From the NCBI GenBank assembly GCA_002245135.1, contig NGBS01001161.1:434001-498000 (forward strand): 64,000 nucleotides of DNA. The letters run 5' to 3'. The translations under genes and the position numbers were made by a program. This document shows, in pieces, positions 40,103 to 52,474 of the stretch. The notes beneath the pieces were generated by a model that was given only the letters and a program-made list of their open reading frames with translations, did no database searches and was not told the DNA's origin. The DNA comes from Proteromonas lacertae (lineage: Eukaryota). Numbering within the stretch: the first letter of the stretch is position 1; the number at the start of each line of letters is the position of its first letter.

Positions 40103-43100
40103 CTAATAATTTGGAGTAACTGGAGGGAATTCACCAGATATTGAGCTTTTCTTTCTAGATCTATTTGTTTCTGCACTGAGTAGTTGAACTTGCTGTCTTA
40201 ATTGACTGATTTCACATTGTTGATTCATAATTTCAGTATCATTCGATTCTACTTGTGCCATTAACTCATTAACTCTTTGATAAGACTGTGACAATAAATG
40301 ATATGGTTTATTTGTTCCTTTTCTAATTTCACCAGTAGATGCATTAGGTCTTAATTCATCATAGTTTTCTGGTTCTAAATACATATCTGAGTTCAAAGCA
40401 GCTGTGGTCTTTGATTTCTTCATTACACCATTAGGAGGACTAACTGATCTACTTTTAGCTGTGATAGAAGGAACAGGTGAAACACCTCGAGATATCTTCG
40501 GTAATACTTGTGTTCCTTCATGATCATATTCTCCTAACCTCTCTTGCAACTCGCTAATCTTTCTATTCTTCTCAGCAACCGCTTTTCTAAGACGATTACA
40601 CTCATTAATTAACAACGAGTTCTCATTCATCTTAGCAGCAGAGAATTGTTTTGATCTCATCTCTGAAGCTTCCATTCTCTTTCCCATGCCATTCAAATTG
40701 ACTAATAAAGCATCTCTGTGTCGAGCAATCTCTTGTCCAGCTGGTGGTAATAGTAAATCTGTATCTTCTTTAGCTTTAGCTGTTGATTCTAATAAAGCAG
40801 CTCTTTCGTGTCTAATGTAGATTCTATATACTTTCTTCAATTCATCCTGTAAACTATTTGGATCTACTTCTTTTACTAGTCGAGTTATTGCTTGAATTAG
40901 CCCTTCACCTCTTCGATCTTTTTCTATAACTAATTGTCTTAAATTCTTTACTTCATTGGATAATGAATTCAATTTCATATCTTTTTGTTGAATTTCCTGT
41001 GTTATAACTTGTTCTTCGTTGAATTTTGTGACAAATTCTTTATACATCTCTTGAATATGTTTTTCTAATGCTTCTACATGTGCAGACATTGGTCCTTTCT
41101 CTGTTAATAATTGTTTGATTCTGTGATCTAAAACATATCTGAAATTATTCAGTTTCTGATTTTGTGCTTGTAATTTTTGTATTTCATTCTCTTTGGCTAC
41201 CAATGACTTGTTTCTAGCATCTAAATGCATTTCTAAATGTTTCTATATTAAAATAAATATAATAATATATATATACAATTGTATCTTTCAATTCAGTTTG
41301 TTTCTTTAACAAATTAGCTTTTTCATTCAAATATTTTGTTTCATCAGCTTTCATCTTAGCCATTCTTTTCCTCAATTCTTCATTCTTTGTCTGTTGGATA
41401 TTCAATTCATTTGCTTTTTTGACTGTTAATTCTTGTTCAGCTGATAATTTTGCTTCAGCATCCATTTTCTTTGTTAATATTTCACTTTCATATTCATTTT
41501 CCTGTTGTGCTAAAACTTCTTCAAACTTTGTTGCATTGTATTTAATATCTTCATGTAACTTTGTTATTTTGGATGAATAACTCTGACTTTCAATATTAAA
41601 ACTATTCTCTAATTCTGTTATTTTGCTCTCATAATATTTCTTTTGATCTTCAATAATTTCTTTCATTTGTTGTCTTAACATTTCTTTTTCTTCTGATAAT
41701 CTATCATATCTTTCCATTTCTGCTGCTAATTTATGTTCATATTGAGATTCCAATTCTTGAATAAACTTCACATTTTCTGAATCATCTTTTTCTTTTTCTT
41801 CTACTACTTCACGTAAATATGTTTCATGTACACCTTGTAATAAATCATACTTCTTTCTCTCGTCAGCTAATTCTTTCTCATAATCTTCTTGTTGGTTCTT
41901 TAATTTATCATTCCATAATGCTTTTTCTCTATTCAAAACAAACTTATGATCTGTATTTATAGCTTCAATATTCTTCTTTAATATTTCTATTGTTGATATT
42001 TTATCATCATAATCCTCCAATTCTAAAGTGCATGTTTGTATATCAATCCATGCAGGTAATATCATTGAAGGAGAGAGTGCAATGGCTGGACCATCAAATG
42101 GTTTTAAACTATATGCAAATATTGAACCATCAGCACCTCCTGAAAATACAAATCGTGAATCTGAAGTTATTGCTATTGCAGTAACAGATCCATTATGTAC
42201 AAACACTTCTTGATAATTCTCACCAGCTACTGGATATGTATAAACTCTAACTGATCCTTGTGATGTACCGCAAATCATATATCTATCTTCTTCTGTTAAT
42301 AATGTATTTGTAACAGCAATATTTCCAGTACTAATTGCATTAGCTTCACCATTGAATATTGTTCTTATTTTACAATCACTACCTACAGCAGTAATTACTC
42401 TAGAATGTGATCCAATTGATAGACATGAATATCTACAAGTCTTTACAACATGAGAAAATTCGTCTAATCTCCTTCTTTGACTAATACTCCATACATAAAC
42501 AGCACCATCAATACCACAACTGTATAATTCACTATCATCTTTCTTCCATCTAATACAAGTGATTGTACTAATATGACCAGTGTAAGTCATTAACTGTTGT
42601 AATGAATAAGTATGATAGATGTGAATAACAATACCAGATGAACAAGCTAAGAAATGACCACCATTTGAGAATTTAATTACTGTAGAATGTTTACAAGACA
42701 ATGGTTGGAATAATAATATGGATGATTTTAAAACATGATATATATTAATACATTCTCTAGCACCAATTGCTAATAATGAACCACTTGGATGTAAAGACAA
42801 ACATGTAATTTCTTCATTCAATTCTTGACTTACTTCACAATTACCTGTATAATAATTCCATATTTTCAATATTTTATCTGATGCACAACTAACAACGATT
42901 GGTCTGCTATAACAACAATCCAATGCAATAATGCCACCATTATGAAAACCACGATAAAAACCAGGTTCGAACAGATCTTGTCTTGCATCTTCAATCATAT
43001 CCATTTTACCTATTGGATAATTCAAAATTTCATGGGATTGTGTATAAATTAATATGTCATTCGAACCATTGTGATATAATACTTCAACTATATTTTGTTC

Positions 43101-44064
43101 TGGTACATTCAACTGTTTTACAGCCATATAAGGTTCTTTAGGATTCTTTGTCAATTCATAAACATCAAATATACCCATTGTACCACCAATTGTAAAACCT
43201 TTTTCTGAACCACCAACACATGTTAATTGTGAAAATGGAGCTATATCTAATTGAAATTGTTGTTTTAATGTAGAAACATCTTGATCGATGGAGAATACAT
43301 ACACTTTGCCTTGAGTTGTAATGGTAATAAAGTAACTAGAAGCCCAACAATGATCTTCAAATGATTCATGTTGATCTATTTTTGCTGGAAATATTGGTAC
43401 TGTCTTCATCACTGAATCTTGACCTATTCTGTACATTTTACAACACTGATGACCACTTACACAAATTGCTGCTTCATCACCTGGTAGAAATGTTACTCTT
43501 TTGATTTGAGTATTTACACAGATTGATGATATCATCTATTATATCAGATAGAGATATATATATTTATTTATACTGTGTCTGGATCCCATTTCCAATATTG
43601 TAATTGAGCATTTTCATCTCCATATTGGAATGCCATGTATTTACCATTAGTTGACATTGCTACACTAATTATTTCTATTGAAATATATATTACAATTATT
43701 ATAATACTTCCATATTGACTAGATATATTAACTGTCCTTAGATTCTTCATTGAATTTATATTGTAAACTGCTACATATAATTCTGATTCATTCCCATGTT
43801 CATATTCACATACAACTAAATATTTACCATTTGGAGATAAACACATTGCAGAAATTGGACGGCCACCTTTCTTTCGAGGGAAAAACTTCATTTTATTTTC
43901 TGTATTATGTAAGCAAACATGTCTACCAACAGGATATATGAAATTTGATCCATTAAATAAAATTGTATCTCGAAACTCACCGGTAATACCATATGAATGT
44001 CTAAGCAATTAATTAAATAAAAATAACAATACTGAATGGGTAATAATGTATCTATTCTTGACAT
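40103..44064 (-). CDS. CFAP57: Cilia- and flagella-associated protein 57 (WDR65/FAP57)
   Basis: WD40 N-half (FHNGGIIALDCCYSRPIVVSCASDKILKIWNY, LSLHPSG) plus long coiled coil with YEHKLAAEMERYD and LNNFRYVLDHRIKQL. Confidence 0.88.
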
Positions 44065-44136
44065 ATGTTGAATAAAATTAATAACGAAAAACAACAAAAA
44101 TAGTAACGGCTTTATTTTCAAATTCTAATTTGAATA

Positions 44137-44831
44137 ATGTCAGATAATGATGTTAATGGTATATAGAATGATATATAAAGATATAGCAGATAAACTGCAG
44201 CAGTTTTGGAAACCACACGAACATCCTGAACTCGTAGATAGAAATCTAGTGCCTTTCTTTGTAGGAGACGATGAAAACATTGATTTAATACCAGAAATGT
44301 ATCTATTTGAATAAGTTAATGCAAATTAAATAGTAATAAAAATCCAAAATCAAAGACTAGAAGTAGATCAGGTGGACATAATCATTCTAACTATGATAAC
44401 AATACTCGTTCTAGACAATCTCCAATACCTACAACTGTTTCAATGAGTAATTCAGAGGCAACAGTAATATCAATTCTACAGTCTAGTATATTAATAATAT
44501 CAAATAAAAAATAGTTGATAAACTTATTCAACCAGTAATTTTATTACAACCAAAAACCAAGGAGCAGGAGAATATGATTAGTCAGTATAATCTATTAGTT
44601 GAACAAATAAGGAATAATCTTAAACAATTAGACAATTTACAAACATTAATAACTAAAAATGTCAGTGCATCAAATCCATCAACTCCTAATCCCTCTCCCA
44701 ATCCAAGTATTTTTTCTTTTATTCAATAATTTCTAGTAAAATCTCTATTCTTTGATGTTCCTAAATCTGAACAAGCAATAGATCCTTGCAGTTTACCTTT
44801 ACCTACATTTTTAGATTATCTTAAACCATAA
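44137..44831 (+). CDS. Small hypothetical multi-exon protein
   Basis: MSDNDVNADKLQQFWKPHEHPELVDRNLVPFF...DPCSLPLPTFLDYLKP* across about 30-nt introns. Confidence 0.55.
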
Positions 44832-44976
44832 TTTGTTTAATTGTTTTTGTTGATGTTAATATAAAAGAAATGCGTATAATAAAAATATTAGTATGATGAT
44901 GAAATGATAAAATATCGAATGAATTAAGAAAAATAAAATAAAACATAGATTATTTATTTCCATAAAATTGATCTTC

Positions 44977-46614
44977 TTATGGATCTATATTCTCTTCAGG
45001 TGGTGCGCTTGTATCTTGTGGAACTGGTAGATCATTATTTTCAGGTAGAAGTACTGGTATATCTTCAACTGGTTTAACTTCTTCTGTTGGTTTTGGTTCT
45101 TCTGCTTTTGGCTTCTTCTACTTTTGGCTCTTCTACTTTTGGCTCTTCTACTTTTGGCTCTTCTAGCTTTTGGCTCTTCTACTTTCTTTGGCTCTTCTAC
45201 GGTTTTGGCTCTTCTACTTTTGGCTCTTCTACTTTTGGCTCTTCTACTTTTGGCTCTTCTTCTTTCTTTGGCTTTTCTTCTTTCTTTGGCTTTTCTTTCT
45301 TATCGTTCTTCTTCTTCTTGTCATTATCGCTGTCACTATCACTATCTGATGAATAAGTTGCATGTTTCAATGTTGAAACTACTTTGCCTTTGGATTTGCT
45401 ATCTTTTTTACCTTTCTTCTTTTTATCATCATCACTGTCACTATCACTGTCAGATTCAGATGATGAATAAGATGCTTTCTTTCCTTTCTTCGCTGATTTA
45501 ACATTACTCTTAACATTCTTCTTCTTCTTATCATCTTCACTATCGCTATCACTATTTGATTCTGAATCAGATGAAGAGGAAGATGAAACTTTCTTACTTA
45601 CTTTACCTTTCTTTGGAGGTGGTGCTTTCTTCTTTGAACCTTTATCACTATCACTATCAGAATCACTATCAGAATCTGAGGATACTTTCTTACTTATTTT
45701 ACCTTTTGGTTTTGACTTTGGTTTTTCATCTTCAGATGATTCACTATCACTTTCACTCTTTTCACTATCTTCTTCACTATCTTCTTCACTATCTTTTCAC
45801 TATCTTCTTCACTGTCATCGTCGCTATCACTGTCGTGTTTTTTACTCTTTTTACCACTGCTATCACCTCCACCACTCTTACCACCAAGTGATTTATTATA
45901 CTCCAACTGAGGAATTTCTTCGCCTTCTTTAAAGAATCTTGGATAACCTAAGAAATGTAATAATTTTGGCTTTGGACATGTTTTTATTTGATCTACAGTA
46001 TCTCTATAAGGTTGTCCATATGTACTAGCACCTGATATTCTGCAAATCAAATCATTTATACCAATTACTCCACTTTGTTTAGCTGGACTTGGTTTTCCTT
46101 TCTTTGTATCACAGAATGATTCAACTGCTACATGAATATCGTATTTCTTACCAGGATCTTTCATTTTCATTCCCAATTCACTTTTAAATATGTAAGAGAT
46201 TTCTCTAATCTGAGTTTTGGGATACCAACCAAAGAAATTTAAAACACATTCTAATGTTTGGAGTTTTTTGAATGTTACTAGACTTTTTACATAAGTATTT
46301 AATTCTTTTGCTCGATTAAAGATAAATTGTTTATCAAGATGATTGACAAAGAACCAAGCTTTGGATGGTGGTGCTGGTATAACCTTCATACTTCCATCTT
46401 CTTTCATGTAACGAGTAATTTCAGCACTTAATTCCTGAAATTCATTAAAACGTCTGTGATTAGTTAACCTAATCTTACCACCACTTTTTGGACAATCAAT
46501 GATTGATTGAAGTTCATAAAACACTACATCTTTACCAGTATTGTCAGTGACAACAATATAATCAGCTATAGTTGCTTCTACTATAGTGTCCTTTGGCTTA
46601 TGAGATTTGCCCAT
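44977..46614 (-). CDS. PX domain + PDZ-like domain protein with long S/D/K-rich tail and EEPKV repeats (indels in tail)
   Basis: PX: HRRFNEFQEL...IPAPPSK...FIFNRAKELNTYVK; PDZ-like: SPAKQSGVIGINDLICRISG; frame break at about 45794. Confidence 0.75.
45095..45295 (-). repeat. 15-bp tandem repeat (GAAGAGCCAAAAGTA)n encoding EEPKV
   Basis: About 12 imperfect units seen. Confidence 0.88.
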
Positions 46615-46874
46615 TTAAATAGTAGCAACCTACAAAAAAGTAATAGTAACAGATATACAGAATATATCAAAAACACAAGATCTCAATTCCAGGATCTGAT
46701 ATAATCTCAAATCATTCTTATTTCATAAAAACTTATTCAGATAGATATTACAGTCTAAAACAAATAGCATGTATTACATCTGTGCATTTATATTGAAAAT
46801 ATCTAAACCCAACACAATATGTTAATAGTTTTAAAAATCATATCTGATATAGGCTTATCATAGTAATAAGTTGT

Positions 46875-47530
46875 TTACTTAAGAGGAATGAAACGAGAGC
46901 TGTGTGTAGCACCAATACCTGGTCTACCATGCTTTACAGTGTGATATGTAATTGAAAATTCACCTAAATAGTGTCCAATCATATCAGCTTTAATATCAAC
47001 TTTATTGTATACTTTTCCACTGTATACACCAACAACTGATCCAATCATTTCTGGTAAGATGATCATATTTCTTAAGTGAGTTTTTACTGTTTCTGGTGCT
47101 TCTAATTCTTTAGCTTCTTGTTTCTATTTTAAATTCATAAATATAATAGAATATACAGCTCTACGTAATCTCTTCATTAAAGCTTGACATTTTGCATTCA
47201 TTCCTCTTCTGTAACGTCTTCTAATACGGCACTATTGAAAAATGAATTAATCTAATGTATTTATACTGGGAATAATTCAACTAATTCAGTCATTGGCATA
47301 TCAAGAAGTTTTTCAAGATCTACTCCACGGTATGTGAACTTTCTGAAGGTTCTCTTTTCTGGTTTTTTAGTTTCGGCAGCAGCTTGATCAGACTATAAGA
47401 AAAATAAATAAGATTGACATATATTAATAGTTAATAATATAGTTAATCAGATAAGATAATAATATAATGTTGTAACAAAAGATATAAAACCAGACTTATA
47501 GAATGGCAGTGAATTAAGAAAACATACCAT
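46875..47530 (-). CDS. RPS15: 40S ribosomal protein S15 (uS19)
   Basis: [39 protein letters not shown]...[21 protein letters not shown] followed by 135-nt intron 47393-47527. Confidence 0.96.
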
Positions 47531-47734
47531 GATGATGATTTTAATAATGAATTTATCAAAATTCCTATATTAAGTATTTCAATTAAGCCTCACCATGAAA
47601 CGAATCAATTTTCATTTAATTTTGGTACATCCTTAATACAGATTAATAAAGTTGTATATATAAATGATAATGTTATTATAATGATTAACAACTGAATTGG
47701 TTTCTATGATCTTTAATTTTCTTACAACCAAATT

Positions 47735-47935
47735 ATGGAAGGATATATTAATTATGTTGCGATGGTTGATAATATGACAATCAATAACAACATTTATTAT
47801 CACTTTAGTAGTGGAGTAAGCTTAAAGATTGATTTTGACTGTTTCATGAGAATAGATCTTAAAACAGAAGATACAAGGGAGCTAAAAGATGAAGAATATA
47901 ATATATATGGTTTTTTGCTGGTAAAAGAAGAATAA
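47735..47935 (+). CDS. Short hypothetical ORF or gene fragment
   Basis: 66-aa ATG ORF only; no recognisable motif. Confidence 0.25.
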   Translation: MEGYINYVAMVDNMTINNNIYYHFSSGVSLKIDFDCFMRIDLKTEDTRELKDEEYNIYGFLLVKEE

Positions 47936-48193
47936 AGGAATTATAGGAAATACCTCTCAATACCAGTAAGAAGAAATGTTGTTGTGTTTATATTCATAAA
48001 TATTGTACAGTAATGTTATATTTTCACATGTTACATTTAAAACCTGTAGATAATTTATTTAATTCATAGTATAGTATTATTATTTATTATTAGATTAAAA
48101 TATGAAGAAATCTACTTCAAAAACAACCCAATCAATAACATTATGCTATTATAAATCAATTTTTTGTTATAATTAAAAACAAATACAACTTAT

Positions 48194-49459
48194 TTAAGAT
48201 TTTACATGACTCTTCACACTATACTGCATGAAATCATGTGCAGCTATAACCTCAGCACCTCCTGCATACCTCTAAAATAATATATATATCACAAATATAT
48301 ATACTTTAGCCATATTAACAATCATAGGTATATCGCTTTGCTTATATCTCACAGAAAAATGGTTGAGCAGCAAAGTTCTAGCTTTTATTTTCTTAGCAAA
48401 ATCTGCTGCCATTATTGCAGTAGAATGACCTTTTGAAATAGCATCAACAGTAGCAGAAGATATTGATATTTTATCCAAAGTATTTGGAGAAATTGTACAT
48501 TCATGAATCAAAACATCACAATTTTGAGATAAATTAATCATATTTGATGGATTACAAGTGTCACCTAAAACAACAATATGCCTTCCATCATATCCTGGTG
48601 TCATTACATTAGGATCATTTGGATCTAATACTTGTCCTTTTGGTAAAACGATTTTTTCACCTTTCTATTTACTTTTTATTAATTATTATTATTATATACT
48701 TTTAATTTCTTCAATATTTGATATGGTGGATTATAGCCATTTTTAACTAATTCAACTTTATTATCTTCAATTAAATTCTTAATATTGTCTATTAGAATAT
48801 TACCAGTTATTGGTTTTTCTTTCAATGAATAACCTAGTGTAAATACAGTATGTTTTATTTCACCTGCACATATTTTTGCTGTTGTAGTATCACATACATC
48901 CCAATATCCTTCGCTATTTGGATATACTACACTCACAGCTTTAGGTGTTGATTGTGGGGAATTATGACCTTTCAACCTCAATTCATGAATTCTGAAATTA
49001 GAAGAAAGATCAACTTCAGCATGTGAATCCTGGTAACAATCTTCAATAAATCTGCCTATACCTGTTGGACCATATATATCAATTGGAGGTGAAGCAGATG
49101 GACGAGAATGGCCTATAATCATGATTATTGATAATATTTACACAAAGTATGCATTAATCCTGGTAATCCAAACACATGATCACCATGAAGATGAGTAATA
49201 AAGATTTTATCTATATTTTCGAGGTTTGCAAATGTTTTATTAGAAGACTGCTTAGGATTAGAATCATTTACAAATTTTTTATGTAAATCAAATTGTCTCT
49301 GTGTCCCTTCTCCACAATCAAACAACCATACTCTGGATGAATTGAATCGAATAGCCAATGATGAAACTACACGTAAAAAACAAATTATACAATACCATTC
49401 CTAAGTGCAGTGGGTTTTAATGAAGCTGTGCCGAGAAAAATAATATCTAATGGAATCAT
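48194..49459 (-). CDS. Ribonuclease Z, short form (ELAC1/tRNase ZS-like)
   Basis: [57 protein letters not shown]. Confidence 0.9.
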
Positions 49460-49523
49460 ACCCGAAATCCAAAATCCGAATGTTTTGATAAAATTCAGGA
49501 AAAACAAAAGCTTCGCTATAGCT

Positions 49524-51175
49524 ATGTTGAATCATTGCATTTTAAGTTCAACAAAAAGAGTACTGTCGTGTATATTACACAATTATTCATTTAATGGGAA
49601 GTATGAAACCTATTTTCATAATTATAATTAGATTTTTTTCAAATATTCCTTATTCAATACTCAAAATGCCAGCATTATCTCCTGTATAATATAAATATTA
49701 TTATATTAAAGACAATGTCTAAAGGTAATATCGGTGAATGGCATGTAAAAGAAGGTAGATCATTTGAAACTGGAACAACACTTGTTACAATTGAAACTGA
49801 TAAAGCATCTGTTGATTATGATGCAGATGAAGATGGATATTTAGCAAAGATATTATTGGAAACAGGCACTCAAGATGTTATACTTGGAACACCAATAGCA
49901 GTTACAGTATTGCAATTATGAGTATTATTTAGACTATGGATAAAAGTAAAATCAAAGAATTGCAGAATATAGAATGGAATAAAGAGTTTGAAACTAGTCA
50001 AAATCAACAGAAACAACAACAACAACAAAATTTTAGAGAAGGAGTAAAAGAAAAATTATCCAAAGAAGAAAGAAATACAGAAAGTGAGAATAAGAATAAA
50101 ACCAAAGAAACAAAAAAAGAAAAAGAGCAGAATAATGATAGATTGAAAATCTCTCCTTTAGCTAAAAAAATAAGTAAAGAAAATAGCGTAGATTACAAAA
50201 GAATAAAAGGAACTGGTCCAAATAACAGAATTATAAAGTATTAATATGTAGAGTATATTTCTTCAATAGAGACGATATAGTTAATCATTTAAATAATAAA
50301 AGTGAAAAGATTAGAAATAAAAAAGTTCAACAAAGCAATAGAGAAATTTGGAGTAGTAATAAATATAAAATACCTCACTATTATTTGAACGTAGATATAA
50401 ATCTATCAAATGCATTGAAAGTATATATTATTAAACAATAGTTAAATCACTTATTTAGATTCTTGATAAAATAAATACTTCAATGAAAAGCAATTTAACT
50501 TTAAATAGTTTGTATGTAAAAGCAATAGCTAAAGCATGTTTGAAAGTATATATAACAAACAAATATAGTCTTAATCTTGTATTATGATAGTTTCCTGATG
50601 TGAATTGTTATTGGAATGATGATAATAATACAATCAATCAATATAATAGCATAAACCTTAATTTTTCATCTAAATTCTATGATAGTATATTTTAGTAAAC
50701 CACTACCTTTTAGATGATATATTACCTTTATTATCAAATGCTGACACAATTGGTTTAGATTTGATAGAAAAAATGATTAACAAAATCTCAAAGAAGAGTA
50801 ATGAAGAAGATGGAATTATTCTTAAGAAAGGAATAATGACAATTATGTTTACAGAGTCTCAGTTCACACATATTCCAATTATCAGACATAATCAAGTATT
50901 TGTTATCTTCTTTTTTTATTCATTTAGTCGGCTGCCATAGCAATATCAAATCCACAACAATTAATCTATACTAATAGAGTATTGAATAACAATGAAGAAT
51001 TAAATAAAGATGATTTGTTATTAGGTTTGAAATCTTGTATTACAATGAGTTGTGATCACAGAATAATAGATGGGGCTTTAGGAGCTAATTTTTTGAAAGA
51101 AGTAAAAACGTATAGCTTGATTATGTATATAATATGAATAGATTATGCGAAACTCCAGAGAATTTATTATTTTAA
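49524..51175 (+). CDS. Pyruvate dehydrogenase E2-like (lipoyl + E3-binding + divergent acyltransferase domain) with N-terminal presequence
   Basis: MPALSPTMSKGNI, IETDKA lipoyl motif, SPLAKK...IKGTGPNNRI, IPHYYL, SCDHRIIDGA. Confidence 0.85.
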
Positions 51176-51294
51176 TTATACTTTGTCTTTTTTGTTCACA
51201 TTAAAATTCATCATTAATAAAAATCAATTATTCATTATTAAAAAAACTTATTGATTATAAAAATACATTCATAAACAAATACATAATAATATAG

Positions 51295-52306
51295 TTATGT
51301 TAATATTTCAGGACCATTTTCAGTTATTAAAATAGTATGTTCCCATTGAGCAGATCTTTTCCCATCTACTGTTCTAACAGTCCAACCATCTTTATCAACA
51401 ACTACTTCAGGAGATCCTTCACATATCATTGGTTCTATAGTAAATGCAGTATCTAATACAGAATAAACAAATAGAAAATCTTACTTTGTTTTATTACTCC
51501 AGGTTGATCATTTGGAACATGTAAAATAGCAGGATACATATGCATAAATTTCCCAACACCATGACTGCAATAATCAGGAACACTTGAATATCCATTCTTC
51601 ACTGCCTCATTATATATATAAGATCCTAACATATTGTAATTTACACCTGGAAAACATTGTTTTATTGTATTTAACATTATTTGTTTCGTTTTTTCCACTA
51701 ATTTTTTGCTTTCATCATCTGTTTCTCCTATTATAAACATTCTAGAAGAATCACCATTAAATCCTAATAGAATATAATTATATTTATTGTTATATACCAT
51801 CTTTATAAACAACTAAGTCAACATTTACAATATCACCTTTTTGTAATGGACGAGAATCTGGTATTCCATGACAAACTATATCATTTACACTAGTAGCAAT
51901 AGATTTAGGATAACCAGAATAACCTAAACATGTAGGAAATGCACCAAAAGATAATATCTTCTTGTGTACCTACAGAATTAATCAACAATTAATTATACTA
52001 AACTATCTAATTCATCAGTTGTCATTCCTTCTTTTATTACTTCTCCTGCATAATCTAAAACAGCCTTTGTTAAACGACAAGCTTCCCTTAATTTCTTAAT
52101 CTCCTACAAATACATATTCCAATAACATTTTATACTGATGGCTTTAAAATATATGGTTTATTATGAGAATATTCATAATCTCGTTGAGAAATTGGTTCTA
52201 ATGGTCGAGGAATGTTATTTGGAACTGTTAAAACAGGTGAAACTTTCATTAACTTCACTCTGTTTCTAACAATGGTTGAAAAATTTCTAATAGTGCAATG
52301 GAACAT
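51295..52306 (-). CDS. Methionine aminopeptidase type 1 (organellar MetAP1D-like)
   Basis: [68 protein letters not shown]; presequence-like N-terminus. Confidence 0.92.
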
Positions 52307-52474
52307 GAGTAATTTTTGATTTGTTTTAATAGAAATATATTCGTTTCATCAAAGTTTTTTTTTTGTAAAACATAAAACAACAATTTTATTAAGTTTCATA
52401 TTACATATACAATACAAAAAAACAAAATTAAAATATTAGAAATATAGAATATAGAATTATATTATATTCACTAT

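Noticed and set aside
45095..45295. Regular short repeats as a CRISPR array
   Set aside because: No unique spacers; coding 15-bp tandem repeat in a eukaryotic gene
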